NCBI GenBank assembly: GCA_016294165.1 | Contig: JAEDCM010000004.1 | Span: 5,914 to 69,913 of the forward strand | Reading direction: 5' to 3' | DNA from: Anaeroplasmataceae bacterium | GTDB taxonomy: Bacteria; Bacillota_I; Bacilli_A; Acholeplasmatales; JAEDCM01 | Length of the DNA: 64,000 nt | Shown: piece by piece, positions 38,671-47,805 of the stretch | Position numbering within the stretch: the first letter of the stretch is position 1 | Layout: each line of letters begins with the position of its first letter | Notes under the pieces: generated by a model | What the model was told of the DNA's origin: nothing | The model's database searches: none | The model's input: only the letters and a program-made list of their open reading frames with translations | Position numbers and translations under genes: made by a program

Positions 38671-39950
38671 TTTTTCTCCTTTGGAACCCTTAAATATGTA
38701 TTCTTTATTTTGTTTAAATTAAAAGAAAACATATTCGTAAAATAATTATGTCCTAAACTCTTTAAATCATTTAAATGAATAAACAATAAAGACATTCCGA
38801 CAATGAACCCTTGTACTCCTAAAATGCTTGAAAGAATTAAGATTAATAATCTAAACATTATTATTGCCCCATTCATTTTGTTAGATACTAATGAGGTGAT
38901 TGAAGAAATAGCTACTATTATTACCACGCTTGTTGAAACTATTCTAGCATCTACTGCTGCCTGACCAATGATTATTGCTCCGACAACTGAAAGGGCTGAA
39001 CCTAAAGATGAAGGAATTCTATTTCCGCCTTCTCTTAAAATTTCAAAAAAAAACAATAATAATGCACATTCAATAATCGATGGAAAGGGAACTCCTTCTC
39101 TTGATGATTGAATCGATATCGCTAGTTTAGTTGGAATCAACTCATGGTGGTAACATAAAAGCATTATGTAAAACCCCGGCAATAGAATACTAATATAAAA
39201 ACAAGCAATCCGAATAATTCGATTAATTGATGAAAAAGCATAATTAAAATAAAAATCATTGGGAACCTCAAAATTTTCATTAAAGGTATATGGTAAATAT
39301 AAAGCAATCGGGCTCCCATCTAATATTAAAATTATTTTATTTTCTTTTAATTTTCGAATTGCAACATCCGGCCTTTCAGTATTCCCAATTGTTTGAAAAA
39401 AAGTATACTTATTATCCTTTAATGATTCTCTGAGGCTTTCTATACTAATGATTTCACTAATGCTTTCTAAACGTCCTTTTAATTCCTTCAAATCATTAGT
39501 ATTAATAGTATCTAAGTAGATTAAGGAATAATATTTATTTTCTATCTTATTAAATTCAATATTTAATCTTTGTCTCATCATTCTTCTAATTAGGGTAACA
39601 TTATTTAAAAAGCTCTCATTGAAACCCTCATGAGGACCACCAGAAACCTTTTCATCATCAGGTTCTTCAATCGAGCGATAGAGCGAAATTCTTGTGTCTA
39701 CCTCTAAATAATAATCATCTTTTACAATGATAGTATTACCATTTAATAGAGATATGATAGCCTCATCTTCCTTTACCACCTTTTTATAATCAGCGGTTAA
39801 AATCTTATTTTTCTTTAAAATCAACTCACCAATCTTATCAGGATCAGATAATCCATTAATATAACAATAGTAGTAATCATCATTTTGCTTTATACAAAAT
39901 GTTTGATCGTTATAAAACCACTCCTGCAATACTTTTATTAAATCATTCAT
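38667..39950 (-). CDS. spore germination protein, GerAA/GerKA-type
   Basis: RSIEEPDDEKVSGGPHEGFNESFLNNVTLIRRMM block and a C-terminal 4-5 TM region. Start MNDLIKVLQEW at 39950. Confidence 0.8.
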   Translation of the reverse strand: MNDLIKVLQEWFYNDQTFCIKQNDDYYYCYINGLSDPDKIGELILKKNKILTADYKKVVKEDEAIISLLNGNTIIVKDDYYLEVDTRISLYRSIEEPDDEKVSGGPHEGFNESFLNNVTLIRRMMRQRLNIEFNKIENKYYSLIYLDTINTNDLKELKGRLESISEIISIESLRESLKDNKYTFFQTIGNTERPDVAIRKLKENKIILILDGSPIALYLPYTFNENFEVPNDFYFNYAFSSINRIIRIACFYISILLPGFYIMLLCYHHELIPTKLAISIQSSREGVPFPSIIECALLLFFFEILREGGNRIPSSLGSALSVVGAIIIGQAAVDARIVSTSVVIIVAISSITSLVSNKMNGAIIMFRLLILILSSILGVQGFIVGMSLLFIHLNDLKSLGHNYFTNMFSFNLNKIKNTYLRVPKEKK

Positions 39951-40016
39951 TGTATCACCATTTTTATTATTCAATAAAAAATGGTAAATTATACAAAAAA
40001 GTAGTTGCAAATGCAA

Positions 40017-40499
40017 CTACTTTACATAATCATAAGCTATTCTTGGGCTATTGTTTCTAACGTAAACAATACCACATTTTTTAAATCCATTCTTTTTAAT
40101 TAAAGTATTCATCTTTTCATTATCTGCATGTGTATCAATTCGCAAGTAATCAATTCTATCACGGCAATACATAAAGCATGCTTTAAAAATATCGCGATAT
40201 TCTCTTGATGAAGCTACACGATGAATAACTCCGTATTTTTTGGCTTTTCTCCATTTACCTTCAATATATGAGTAATCATCATCAGGTTCAGTAGAAAAGT
40301 AAAAAACACCAACGATTTTATCTACCATACAAATCTTATATAAATTTTTAGAAGTGATATCGCGATAAACATCATCATATGATGGATAACCATCTTCCCA
40401 TTGAAAATTATTCTTTTCGTGCATATATTCACGAGCAATATCATATACCTTTAAAATACGATCGATATCACTTATATTAGCTTGATAAATTCTATACAT
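40017..40499 (-). CDS. GNAT family N-acetyltransferase
   Basis: 160 aa with the acetyl-CoA-binding region HRVASSREYRD...F and NEKMNTLIKKNGFKKCG. GGAGG lies 6 nt upstream of the ATG at 40499. Confidence 0.75.
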   Translation of the reverse strand: MYRIYQANISDIDRILKVYDIAREYMHEKNNFQWEDGYPSYDDVYRDITSKNLYKICMVDKIVGVFYFSTEPDDDYSYIEGKWRKAKKYGVIHRVASSREYRDIFKACFMYCRDRIDYLRIDTHADNEKMNTLIKKNGFKKCGIVYVRNNSPRIAYDYVK

Positions 40500-40511
40500 A
40501 AAAACCTCCAT

Positions 40512-40535
40512 AAAAAAGAGCGTTATATAACGCTC
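40512..40535 (-). terminator. hairpin + U-run between the 73-aa gene and the GNAT gene
   Basis: Minus strand: GAGCGTT-ATAT-AACGCTC followed by TTTTTT, directly abutting the GNAT RBS. Confidence 0.5.
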
Positions 40536-40541
40536 AATTAA

Positions 40542-40763
40542 TTAACCTGCAAAAAAGGTATTTAAATCAATCAATGCGAAATGGTCCTTATCATAATTAT
40601 GAAATTTTACACCTTTTGCATTTTTGATTTTTTTCATTAATTTTTTGTTTTCCTTAGTGATAAGAATATCTAAATATTCATCGACTAAAGTATACTTACT
40701 AACATTAAATTCAGAAAGCAATTTCAAAAAACGAATATCTGCAGTGTAATCTACTGTAGTCAT
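40542..40763 (-). CDS. hypothetical 73-aa protein
   Basis: ORF on the co-directional strand. No recognisable motif. Confidence 0.35.
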   Translation of the reverse strand: MTTVDYTADIRFLKLLSEFNVSKYTLVDEYLDILITKENKKLMKKIKNAKGVKFHNYDKDHFALIDLNTFFAG

Positions 40764-40855
40764 ACTAATTATCCCCCTTTATAATTTAATAGAATCCCCA
40801 TGAGCCAAACTAAATAATGATCTTTTTCTAATTAAATTATATACTAAAGCGACAA

Positions 40856-41269
40856 TTAGTCAATCTTAATTGCAAAATTTTTGTAAAAATAGTCAATAAT
40901 TTCCTTTCTTTTGACAATCCCAATATACATTCCCCTACCATCAACAATTGGAATAAAATTTTGTTGTGAAAGCAATTCCACAATCTCTTTTGGGCTGCTA
41001 AGAATGTCTAAAGCCTTATATGGTCTATATTTTTCGACTTCAGAAATATTAATCTTTTCAGCTTCTTTCAAATTTAAATCATGTTCATTCATGATAAATC
41101 TCAATAAATCTCCTTCTGAAATTGTCGAAATATAGGACCCATCCTCATCAATCACTGGAACAACCGTAAATTTATGTGCATCAAACTTTTCTAGAGCTTG
41201 TCTAACCGTCGATTCTGCACTAATATAATGTGTATTCTCCTTTGGAGTTAAAACCATTAAAACGTTCAT
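40856..41269 (-). CDS. CBS-pair domain protein
   Basis: 137 aa with two CBS repeats (VVPVIDEDGSYISTISEGDLL and FIPIVDGRGMYIGIVKRKEII). Confidence 0.7.
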   Translation of the reverse strand: MNVLMVLTPKENTHYISAESTVRQALEKFDAHKFTVVPVIDEDGSYISTISEGDLLRFIMNEHDLNLKEAEKINISEVEKYRPYKALDILSSPKEIVELLSQQNFIPIVDGRGMYIGIVKRKEIIDYFYKNFAIKID

Positions 41270-41342
41270 TGCCAAATCTCCCTTCAGCAACATTATACCA
41301 CAATATTATATTTTTCCTAACTTTATTTATATAACATAAAAA

Positions 41343-42794
41343 CTATTTATTTATTTTTTTTACATCAAAATATGAATACTTTGCATATCCATTATTTTCT
41401 CCTCTGGCAAAAATTCCAATTTTTGTCCCAATCCATCTTCCTGGATATGCTTTAAAGCTAAATGGTAATTTTTTACCATTTAAACAAAAATAATAACTAT
41501 TATTATCATATATAATATTTAAATCAGCTTCATTAGAATTATAGTTTTCTTCATAAACAATACTATCATTACCATCAAAGCTGCCTTCTTTAACATATAA
41601 CATAACTTTACTATTAATCTTCTTAAACGAAATATAGGCATATTTACTACCCATAACACAAAGTCCTGTTTCATCATTTTCATTTAAATCAAAAACAACT
41701 CTTGTTTTCGCAATAAAACTATCATAAATTAATTTTTGTAAAAAGGTATAAGGATATGATCCTAAATTATCTAATGATTTATTAATGCAATATAATTTTA
41801 AACAATCATTAACCTCATATAAATTATCAATCTTATTTGCAGGTGTTTGCCAAACAAGTGATAATTTATTCTTAAAATCATCACATGTTGGAATATTATA
41901 CTTTGGATAAGGTTCAAGCAAATATTCATGACTTACAAATGGGCTACCTGCTAATCTTTCATCCCTAACATCACCACAAATTGGCCAGTCATCAATCCAA
42001 GTAACTGGTTGTAAACAAATAACCCTACCTAAGCATCCTTTATCTTGAAAATGGATAAAGGCAAATTTGCCATCATAATCAACCAACGCTCCTTGATGTG
42101 GTCCATTTATCGGAGTATCATTTTGCATTTGGACAATTTTACTTTCATAAGGCCCGTAGATATTCTTACTTCTTAGGCAAGTTTGCCATCCAGTTTTAAC
42201 ACTTCCTGCTGGGGCCATGATATAATAATAGTCATTATGTTTATAGAGCTTTGGTCCTTCGATCGTTGGATTATCATTATGACCATCATAGATAATTTTG
42301 TAATCCGTCTTTTTTATTTTTAAATCCGGTGAAACCTCATATAAACCAATCATACTATTAAACCCTTTGCGACTTTTCGCAAAAGCAACCGCCAAATAGC
42401 ATTTATCATCATCCCAAATTGGGCATGGATCAATGATACCACAATCATCAATTAGACACCATAAATCGCTCCACTTTCCATAAATATCCTTAGTTGAGCT
42501 AATATATATTCCTTCATCTACAAATGGTATAATCACATAAAATGTTTCGTTATGATATCTTATAGCTGGAGCCCAAGCCCCATGTCCATGATGAACATCG
42601 TTAAATTTTTCAAAAGGAATACGTTCAAAAACATAATTTATAATCTCCCAATTAACTAAATCCTTCGAGTGAAGAATTGGAACTCCCGGTGTATGATTAA
42701 AACTTGAAGCAATCATAAAAAAATCATCACCTACTCTAATTACATCGGGATCAGAATAATCGGAATTAATAATAGGATTTGTATATAATTCCAT
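41343..42794 (-). CDS. glycoside hydrolase family 43 (beta-xylosidase / alpha-L-arabinofuranosidase-like) with C-terminal beta-sandwich
   Basis: NPIINSDYSDPDVIRVGDDFFMIASSF...PGVPILHSKDLVNW, GAWAPAI, and EGPKLYK. AGGAGG RBS before the ATG at 42794. No signal peptide. Confidence 0.85.
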   Translation of the reverse strand: MELYTNPIINSDYSDPDVIRVGDDFFMIASSFNHTPGVPILHSKDLVNWEIINYVFERIPFEKFNDVHHGHGAWAPAIRYHNETFYVIIPFVDEGIYISSTKDIYGKWSDLWCLIDDCGIIDPCPIWDDDKCYLAVAFAKSRKGFNSMIGLYEVSPDLKIKKTDYKIIYDGHNDNPTIEGPKLYKHNDYYYIMAPAGSVKTGWQTCLRSKNIYGPYESKIVQMQNDTPINGPHQGALVDYDGKFAFIHFQDKGCLGRVICLQPVTWIDDWPICGDVRDERLAGSPFVSHEYLLEPYPKYNIPTCDDFKNKLSLVWQTPANKIDNLYEVNDCLKLYCINKSLDNLGSYPYTFLQKLIYDSFIAKTRVVFDLNENDETGLCVMGSKYAYISFKKINSKVMLYVKEGSFDGNDSIVYEENYNSNEADLNIIYDNNSYYFCLNGKKLPFSFKAYPGRWIGTKIGIFARGENNGYAKYSYFDVKKINK

Positions 42795-42850
42795 ATAAAG
42801 GCCTCCTTTTAAAAAATGGCTTATTACCGCTTTTTTCATTATTATAACAT

Positions 42851-42887
42851 AAAAAAAGTCTATTTTACAGAATAATGTAAAATAGAC
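42851..42887 (-). terminator. intrinsic terminator after the SDR gene
   Basis: 12-bp stem GTCTATTTTACA/TGTAAAATAGAC followed (minus strand) by TTTTTTT. Confidence 0.7.
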
Positions 42888-42896
42888 AATTATTAA

Positions 42897-43664
42897 TTAT
42901 AAATTTGCGCCAAAATCACAAACCATTACTTGACCTGTGATTGGTTTAGATTCATCAGATGCAAAGAACAATAATACGTTCGCAACATCCTCAGCTTTGC
43001 ATGATGGACAGTTCTTCAAATCAGTGTGTGCACCCATTTGTTGGAACATTTCCATATCCATGCTAGAATAATCCATATTAGATGTCATTGGCGTTAAAAT
43101 GTTTCCTGGGCAAACGGCATTACAACGAATATGACTTGCAGCTGTACGTAAAGCTGTATGCTTTGTGATACCAATAATTGCGGCTTTTGATGAAACATAA
43201 GCTGCTCCACCTCCACCATTATATCCAGCAACACTTGCAACATTGATAATTGATCCAGATTGAGCTTCTATCATCTTATTTAATGCTGCTCTAATGCAAT
43301 ACATTGTTCCTTTTTGATTGATATCAATAACACGATCTAAATCCTCATCTAAGAACTTGTTAATAGCTTTTAATCCTGTATCTAAAACACCAGCATTATT
43401 TACTAATACATCAATTTTAGAGAATTCCTTGATTGTTTCATTAATTAAATTTTCACAAGCTTCAGGATTAGAAATATCTGTAGGAACACATAAAACCTTT
43501 CCACCTTCAGCTTTGATTTCATTTGCTACTTCCTCTAATGCTGATACACGTCTAGCACTAATAACTACACTTGCGCCTTCTTTGGCAAATAATTTAGCAG
43601 TTGCAGCACCTACACCTGAGTTTCCACCAGTAATTACTACAACCTTTCCTTCTAGTCTTTTCAT
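42897..43664 (-). CDS. short-chain dehydrogenase/reductase (SDR)
   Basis: TGGNSGVGAA cofactor motif, NNAG, and catalytic YVSSK. Confidence 0.85.
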   Translation of the reverse strand: MKRLEGKVVVITGGNSGVGAATAKLFAKEGASVVISARRVSALEEVANEIKAEGGKVLCVPTDISNPEACENLINETIKEFSKIDVLVNNAGVLDTGLKAINKFLDEDLDRVIDINQKGTMYCIRAALNKMIEAQSGSIINVASVAGYNGGGGAAYVSSKAAIIGITKHTALRTAASHIRCNAVCPGNILTPMTSNMDYSSMDMEMFQQMGAHTDLKNCPSCKAEDVANVLLFFASDESKPITGQVMVCDFGANL

Positions 43665-43824
43665 GAAAATTCCTCCTTATCTATATTTTATTATATATAA
43701 AAAAAACTTTTTTTGTCAAATAAAACACATTACAAAATTTATAACTTTACTATGTTATTATAAAGTTGTATAATTATATTAAGTGAAAACGTTTTTAAAA
43801 TTTAATAATAGGAGGAGAAGACTT

Positions 43825-44259
43825 ATGAAAAAAAATGCTTTTGACAAAAAACACAAACTACTACTAATTATTGGACGTGCTGGATCAGGTAAATCTAAAT
43901 ACCTAAACAACTACTCTTTAGAAAAAGGTATTCCAATTCTAAATTTTGACAGTATTCTTGGTAAAGAAATTCCTGAAGGTAAGGATCAAAATTATGTTTA
44001 TGACTTTATTAGAAATTTCCTTTCTACTTATAAACCTGAAGAGATTCTTCTTGATAAAAAACATATCCTATATCAAAAGGATTCTAACATTGACTTATTA
44101 GACTTTTTAAAAGAACTATCAAAACAAAAAACAGTTATTGCGACTTGGAACGGATATATTGAAAATAATAAACTAATTCATATTTGTGATGCCCTAAATG
44201 GTATTACTAAAGAATATGATTTAGATACTCTAGATTGTGGATATTTAGAAATTCTTTAA
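43825..44259 (+). CDS. small (144 aa) Walker-A-only P-loop protein, BrxF-like
   Basis: LLLIIGRAGSGKSKY..., then ILLDKKHILYQKD...LLDFLKELSKQKTVIATWNGY. From memory, this layout matches the small BREX-3 BrxF-type proteins. AGGAGG RBS. The track start is 43783. Confidence 0.5.
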   Translation: MKKNAFDKKHKLLLIIGRAGSGKSKYLNNYSLEKGIPILNFDSILGKEIPEGKDQNYVYDFIRNFLSTYKPEEILLDKKHILYQKDSNIDLLDFLKELSKQKTVIATWNGYIENNKLIHICDALNGITKEYDLDTLDCGYLEIL

Positions 44260-44266
44260 AATTTAA

Positions 44267-44296
44267 GGCTATGGAAAACCCATAGCCATTTTTTTA
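44267..44296. terminator. terminator between convergent genes
   Basis: GGCTATGG-AAAAC-CCATAGCC followed by ATTTTTTT. Confidence 0.65.
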
Positions 44297-46930
44297 TAAT
44301 TTAGAATATTTTTTCTTTAAATAAATTCCAATAAAAATTAACGATAACAATATCGATGATACCATAAATCCATCAAAATCTAATAAAGCATCATCTAATA
44401 CTCCATATCTTCCAGGAATGAAAAATTGAATAATTTCCGTAGTTGCAGCTATAATAAATCCTAATGCAAAATTAATTGGAATTGAAAAATATAGTTTCTT
44501 CTTATTAAATATTAAATACCATGATATCGATGAAAAAATACCTAAAATACAAAATGCTCCAAAATGCCCTAATGATTTTCTTACCTTGTAAAAAAAATCA
44601 TCATTTTTTTCAATAAAATTTTGACGAAGAACCTTAAATTCAATTTCAAATCTTATTTCATCAGAAACCCCATCATCAATAACACAATATATTTTAACAC
44701 TACCAGCCTTTTTAGGAGTAACAATTCCATCACTACCTACCTCAGCAATCTTAGTATTACTTGAACTATATCTAACAATTTTATAGGTAACTCCCTCTTT
44801 AAAATTAAAACTTATTTTTGCACTTTTCCCATTTTTAATTTTAAATACATTATTCTCAAATAAAATATTCTCGCCCCTAATAGTATAGACATCTTCTTTA
44901 AAATCAACATAATTTCTAACACTAATATTTATTTCCTTACTTATATTTGAATACTCTTCAGTAATTGTTATCTTAGCATCGCCAATTCCATTAAAAATCA
45001 ATTTTCCATTTCCATCAATACTAACAATATCAGAATTACTTGTCAAATATATTATTTTATAAATGGTTGTAGACTCATCAATTTCTAAAGATATTAAACA
45101 TTTGTCACTTATGTATGCTTTAATAGTATCATCCTTTACTACAATCTCTTCATCATTTAATAAAACTTGATAATCCATACTTTGGGTATAATAATGACTA
45201 GCACTAATCGTAAAAGACTTCTGATATTGTTCGTATATTTCACCATCAATCATTGGTGAAATGACAACCTCACAAACCCCGCTATCAATTGCCAATATCC
45301 TATATCCATCGGAATTTTTATTTATGGTGAATGCTGAATTACTTATATTAACATTGTAGTTTTGAGAACCATTTGATTCATCATTTATTTTAAAAATATA
45401 TTCACTACCAACAATTGAATTTAAACTACCACTAATATTTTCTACGCTAAATCTATAACAAGCTTTTACCAATACTTGCTTACAAATTCCCGATGCCTTA
45501 TGAGTTACGTCTAAAATATATTCACCTGGTTTTCCGATTTTTAGAATAGATCCATTTATATCTATAGAAGAATCACTTAAACTATAAATCATTTCTGTAT
45601 TAAGAGGTTTATCAGGAATCCAACCTGAAACTAATTCATTTAAATTATATTTTTCATTACAATAAACAATTAATTTATCAGTTGAAAGTGTAAAATCGGT
45701 TGTTGTAACATCAGAAACTCCAAATATACTAATAGGTAATGTAAAAGTTTTATCATTATTAATTTTTACATTAATAGATGTTTCTCCAACACTTATTCCT
45801 GTAACTTCTCCGGTATTTGTTACTGTCGCAATGCTTTCATCACCACTCCGATATTCAGCCGTAACATCTAAAGCATATACAGGATATTTTTTAATGATTA
45901 TTTTTGCTTTTTTTCCAACCGACAATTCATTGGTTAATGAAACAGTTGTTTTATCTAAATCAGCATTAGGCGATGGTAAAACCTCTATTTCTTTTTCAAA
46001 ATAAATATTTGGATAAATGCTTGATGAAGCCTTTATCATTGCTTTTCCATCTTTAACTCCAACAATTTTCTTTCCATTTATTTTAATAATGCTTGGATCA
46101 CTAGATTCTAAAATGTAATCCTTGAATGTTGCGTTTGTAGGATTAAATGAAACATTTACTTTCATCTCTTGATTAACATAAATCGTATTAGTTGTAAAAC
46201 TAATCGATTCTAATTCCACAACATTATTTTGAGTAACGCAAACACGTAAAATCTTATATTTATCACCTGATATAACTTTAATCACAATAATATCACCAAA
46301 AGAATTTTTTAAAGGAGTGATTACTCCATTTTCGATTTTTAAATAATTATTACTACTAATCTCATAACTTACATCTTTACATGTCGTATTTGTTGGATTA
46401 AAAACATTAGTAATATAATACTCACTTCCTAATAAAAGGTTATATACTCCATCATTAATATCAGCATCTATACTTGAATCAATACTTTCTAATAATACAT
46501 TTTTAACATTTACCGTCATACTATCCTTTAAATCACTATACTTAGTACTGCTGATTGAAATCTCAACTGATCCTTCTTTTAAAAATGAAATATTACCTTC
46601 ATCACTGACTGATGCTATTTCTAAATCTGAAGACGCAAATTTAAGAGATTTATATGTCGCATCTATAGGAGTTACTAAGGTTTCGAGCATATAGCTATCA
46701 CCAACGTAAATCTCGGAAATCTTATTAGTAATTTCCACTTTTTTTGCTTTAACAACTACTGTTTGATCATCCTTATATCCATTAATAAAGTCAGCTAGCC
46801 CACTACCTACTGAATTGCTTTGTTTAGCCGAAAGATTACCAGGCATAAGTGATTCAGCAATCAAAACTAATATGCATATTATATAGCAAGTTATATAAAC
46901 TTTTTTTGCAATAGAAGATTTATGTTTCAT
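44294..46930 (-). CDS. VanZ-like membrane protein with about 8 Big_2 (bacterial Ig-like) domains inserted after the first TM helix
   Basis: N-terminus: TM helix plus ESLMPGNLSAKQSNS. Then repeats of the type SSDLEIASVSDEGNISFLKEGSVEISI, SSDPSIIKINGKKIVGVKDGKAMIKA, SGDESIATVTNTGEVTGISVGETSINV, and SSSNTKIAEVGSDGIVTPKKAGSVKIYC. C-terminus: LGHFGAFCILG...TEIIQFFIPGRYGVLDDALLDFDG, which is VanZ-like. AGGAGGG RBS before the ATG at 46930. Confidence 0.7.
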   Translation of the reverse strand: MKHKSSIAKKVYITCYIICILVLIAESLMPGNLSAKQSNSVGSGLADFINGYKDDQTVVVKAKKVEITNKISEIYVGDSYMLETLVTPIDATYKSLKFASSDLEIASVSDEGNISFLKEGSVEISISSTKYSDLKDSMTVNVKNVLLESIDSSIDADINDGVYNLLLGSEYYITNVFNPTNTTCKDVSYEISSNNYLKIENGVITPLKNSFGDIIVIKVISGDKYKILRVCVTQNNVVELESISFTTNTIYVNQEMKVNVSFNPTNATFKDYILESSDPSIIKINGKKIVGVKDGKAMIKASSSIYPNIYFEKEIEVLPSPNADLDKTTVSLTNELSVGKKAKIIIKKYPVYALDVTAEYRSGDESIATVTNTGEVTGISVGETSINVKINNDKTFTLPISIFGVSDVTTTDFTLSTDKLIVYCNEKYNLNELVSGWIPDKPLNTEMIYSLSDSSIDINGSILKIGKPGEYILDVTHKASGICKQVLVKACYRFSVENISGSLNSIVGSEYIFKINDESNGSQNYNVNISNSAFTINKNSDGYRILAIDSGVCEVVISPMIDGEIYEQYQKSFTISASHYYTQSMDYQVLLNDEEIVVKDDTIKAYISDKCLISLEIDESTTIYKIIYLTSNSDIVSIDGNGKLIFNGIGDAKITITEEYSNISKEINISVRNYVDFKEDVYTIRGENILFENNVFKIKNGKSAKISFNFKEGVTYKIVRYSSSNTKIAEVGSDGIVTPKKAGSVKIYCVIDDGVSDEIRFEIEFKVLRQNFIEKNDDFFYKVRKSLGHFGAFCILGIFSSISWYLIFNKKKLYFSIPINFALGFIIAATTEIIQFFIPGRYGVLDDALLDFDGFMVSSILLSLIFIGIYLKKKYSKL

Positions 46931-47038
46931 CACTATCCCTCCTTTTAGCATCTTTCTAATTATATAATATCATTTTTTATTAAATTTTATAAAAAAAGAA
47001 TAGAAAAATTTCCTATTCTTTGAAAAAAATCTATATAA

Positions 47039-47608
47039 TCACATAATTCCTGAGAAAAATATTTCAAAACCAATAAATAAAAGAATTATTCCACCAATAA
47101 TTTCTGCTTTTTTTCCAAGCTTATCGCCAAATTTCTTTCCAATATAATGAGCAGCAATACAAATGGCAAAAGTTAAACCACATACAATAATTGCGGTAAC
47201 AATCGCTTCTATTAATGTGTAGTCGGCAATTGTTAATCCAACGCTCAATGCATCAATGGATGTTGCAATTGTTTGAACCATAATAACCTTAAAAGTCAAT
47301 GCTTCCCAATTATCCTCGTCCTCTTCTCCTTTGATTGCTCCTAAAATCATACTTATTCCAAGGTATCCTAAAATAGCTAATGCAAGCCATGGAATAAATC
47401 CTTCAATATATTTGATAAATTGTGATCCAATCAAATATCCTAATAATGGCATCAAACCTTGAAACAAACCAAACATAAAAGAGATAAATAAAATCTTTTT
47501 CAGTTTTATTTTTGATTCCCTTAATCCATTTGCCATTGATACAGCGCATGCATCCATTGCTAACCCAACTCCTAATAAAGCCGATGTAGTAAAAAATATT
47601 AAATCCAT
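47039..47608 (-). CDS. mntP: manganese efflux pump MntP
   Basis: 189 aa with 6 TM helices and the internal repeat motifs GLAMDACAVS and ATSIDALSVG. Confidence 0.85.
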   Translation of the reverse strand: MDLIFFTTSALLGVGLAMDACAVSMANGLRESKIKLKKILFISFMFGLFQGLMPLLGYLIGSQFIKYIEGFIPWLALAILGYLGISMILGAIKGEEDEDNWEALTFKVIMVQTIATSIDALSVGLTIADYTLIEAIVTAIIVCGLTFAICIAAHYIGKKFGDKLGKKAEIIGGIILLFIGFEIFFSGIM

Positions 47609-47629
47609 ATATTACCCTTTCTAAATAAA

Positions 47630-47756
47630 AAACCTATGCCAAAAGGACATTAAAAAAATTTGTCCTTTGTCATAAGTCTCGTTTTTTAATACTGAACCTG
47701 GATTTCTCCATTATGTAGATTCAATAACTATAAATAGCAAACTACTCCCTTATACA
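47630..47756 (-). promoter_or_regulatory. yybP-ykoY (manganese) riboswitch
   Basis: Minus strand: UAUAAGGGAGUAG...CUACAUAAUGGAGA...ACGAGACUUAUGACA matches the conserved blocks (GGGGAGUAG / ACAUA / GAGAC..UGACA). P1 is AUAAG/CUUAU (about 47754 and 47672), followed by the hairpin AAAGGAC-N13-GUCCUUU and U-rich sequence. It sits directly 5' of mntP. Confidence 0.75.
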
Positions 47757-47805
47757 GGTTTTAAATTCGCTATTATTTTATCTTTTTATCCATATTTTGT
47801 CAATA

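Noticed and set aside
40017-40763. The 73-aa ORF followed by a GNAT acetyltransferase could be a GNAT-toxin/antitoxin pair of the TacT/AtaT type.
   Set aside because: The 73-aa protein shows nothing resembling an RHH or DUF1778-type antitoxin. A hairpin plus U-run separates the two genes. The GNAT looks like an ordinary small-molecule or ribosomal-protein acetyltransferase. I cannot support a toxin-antitoxin call without profile searches.
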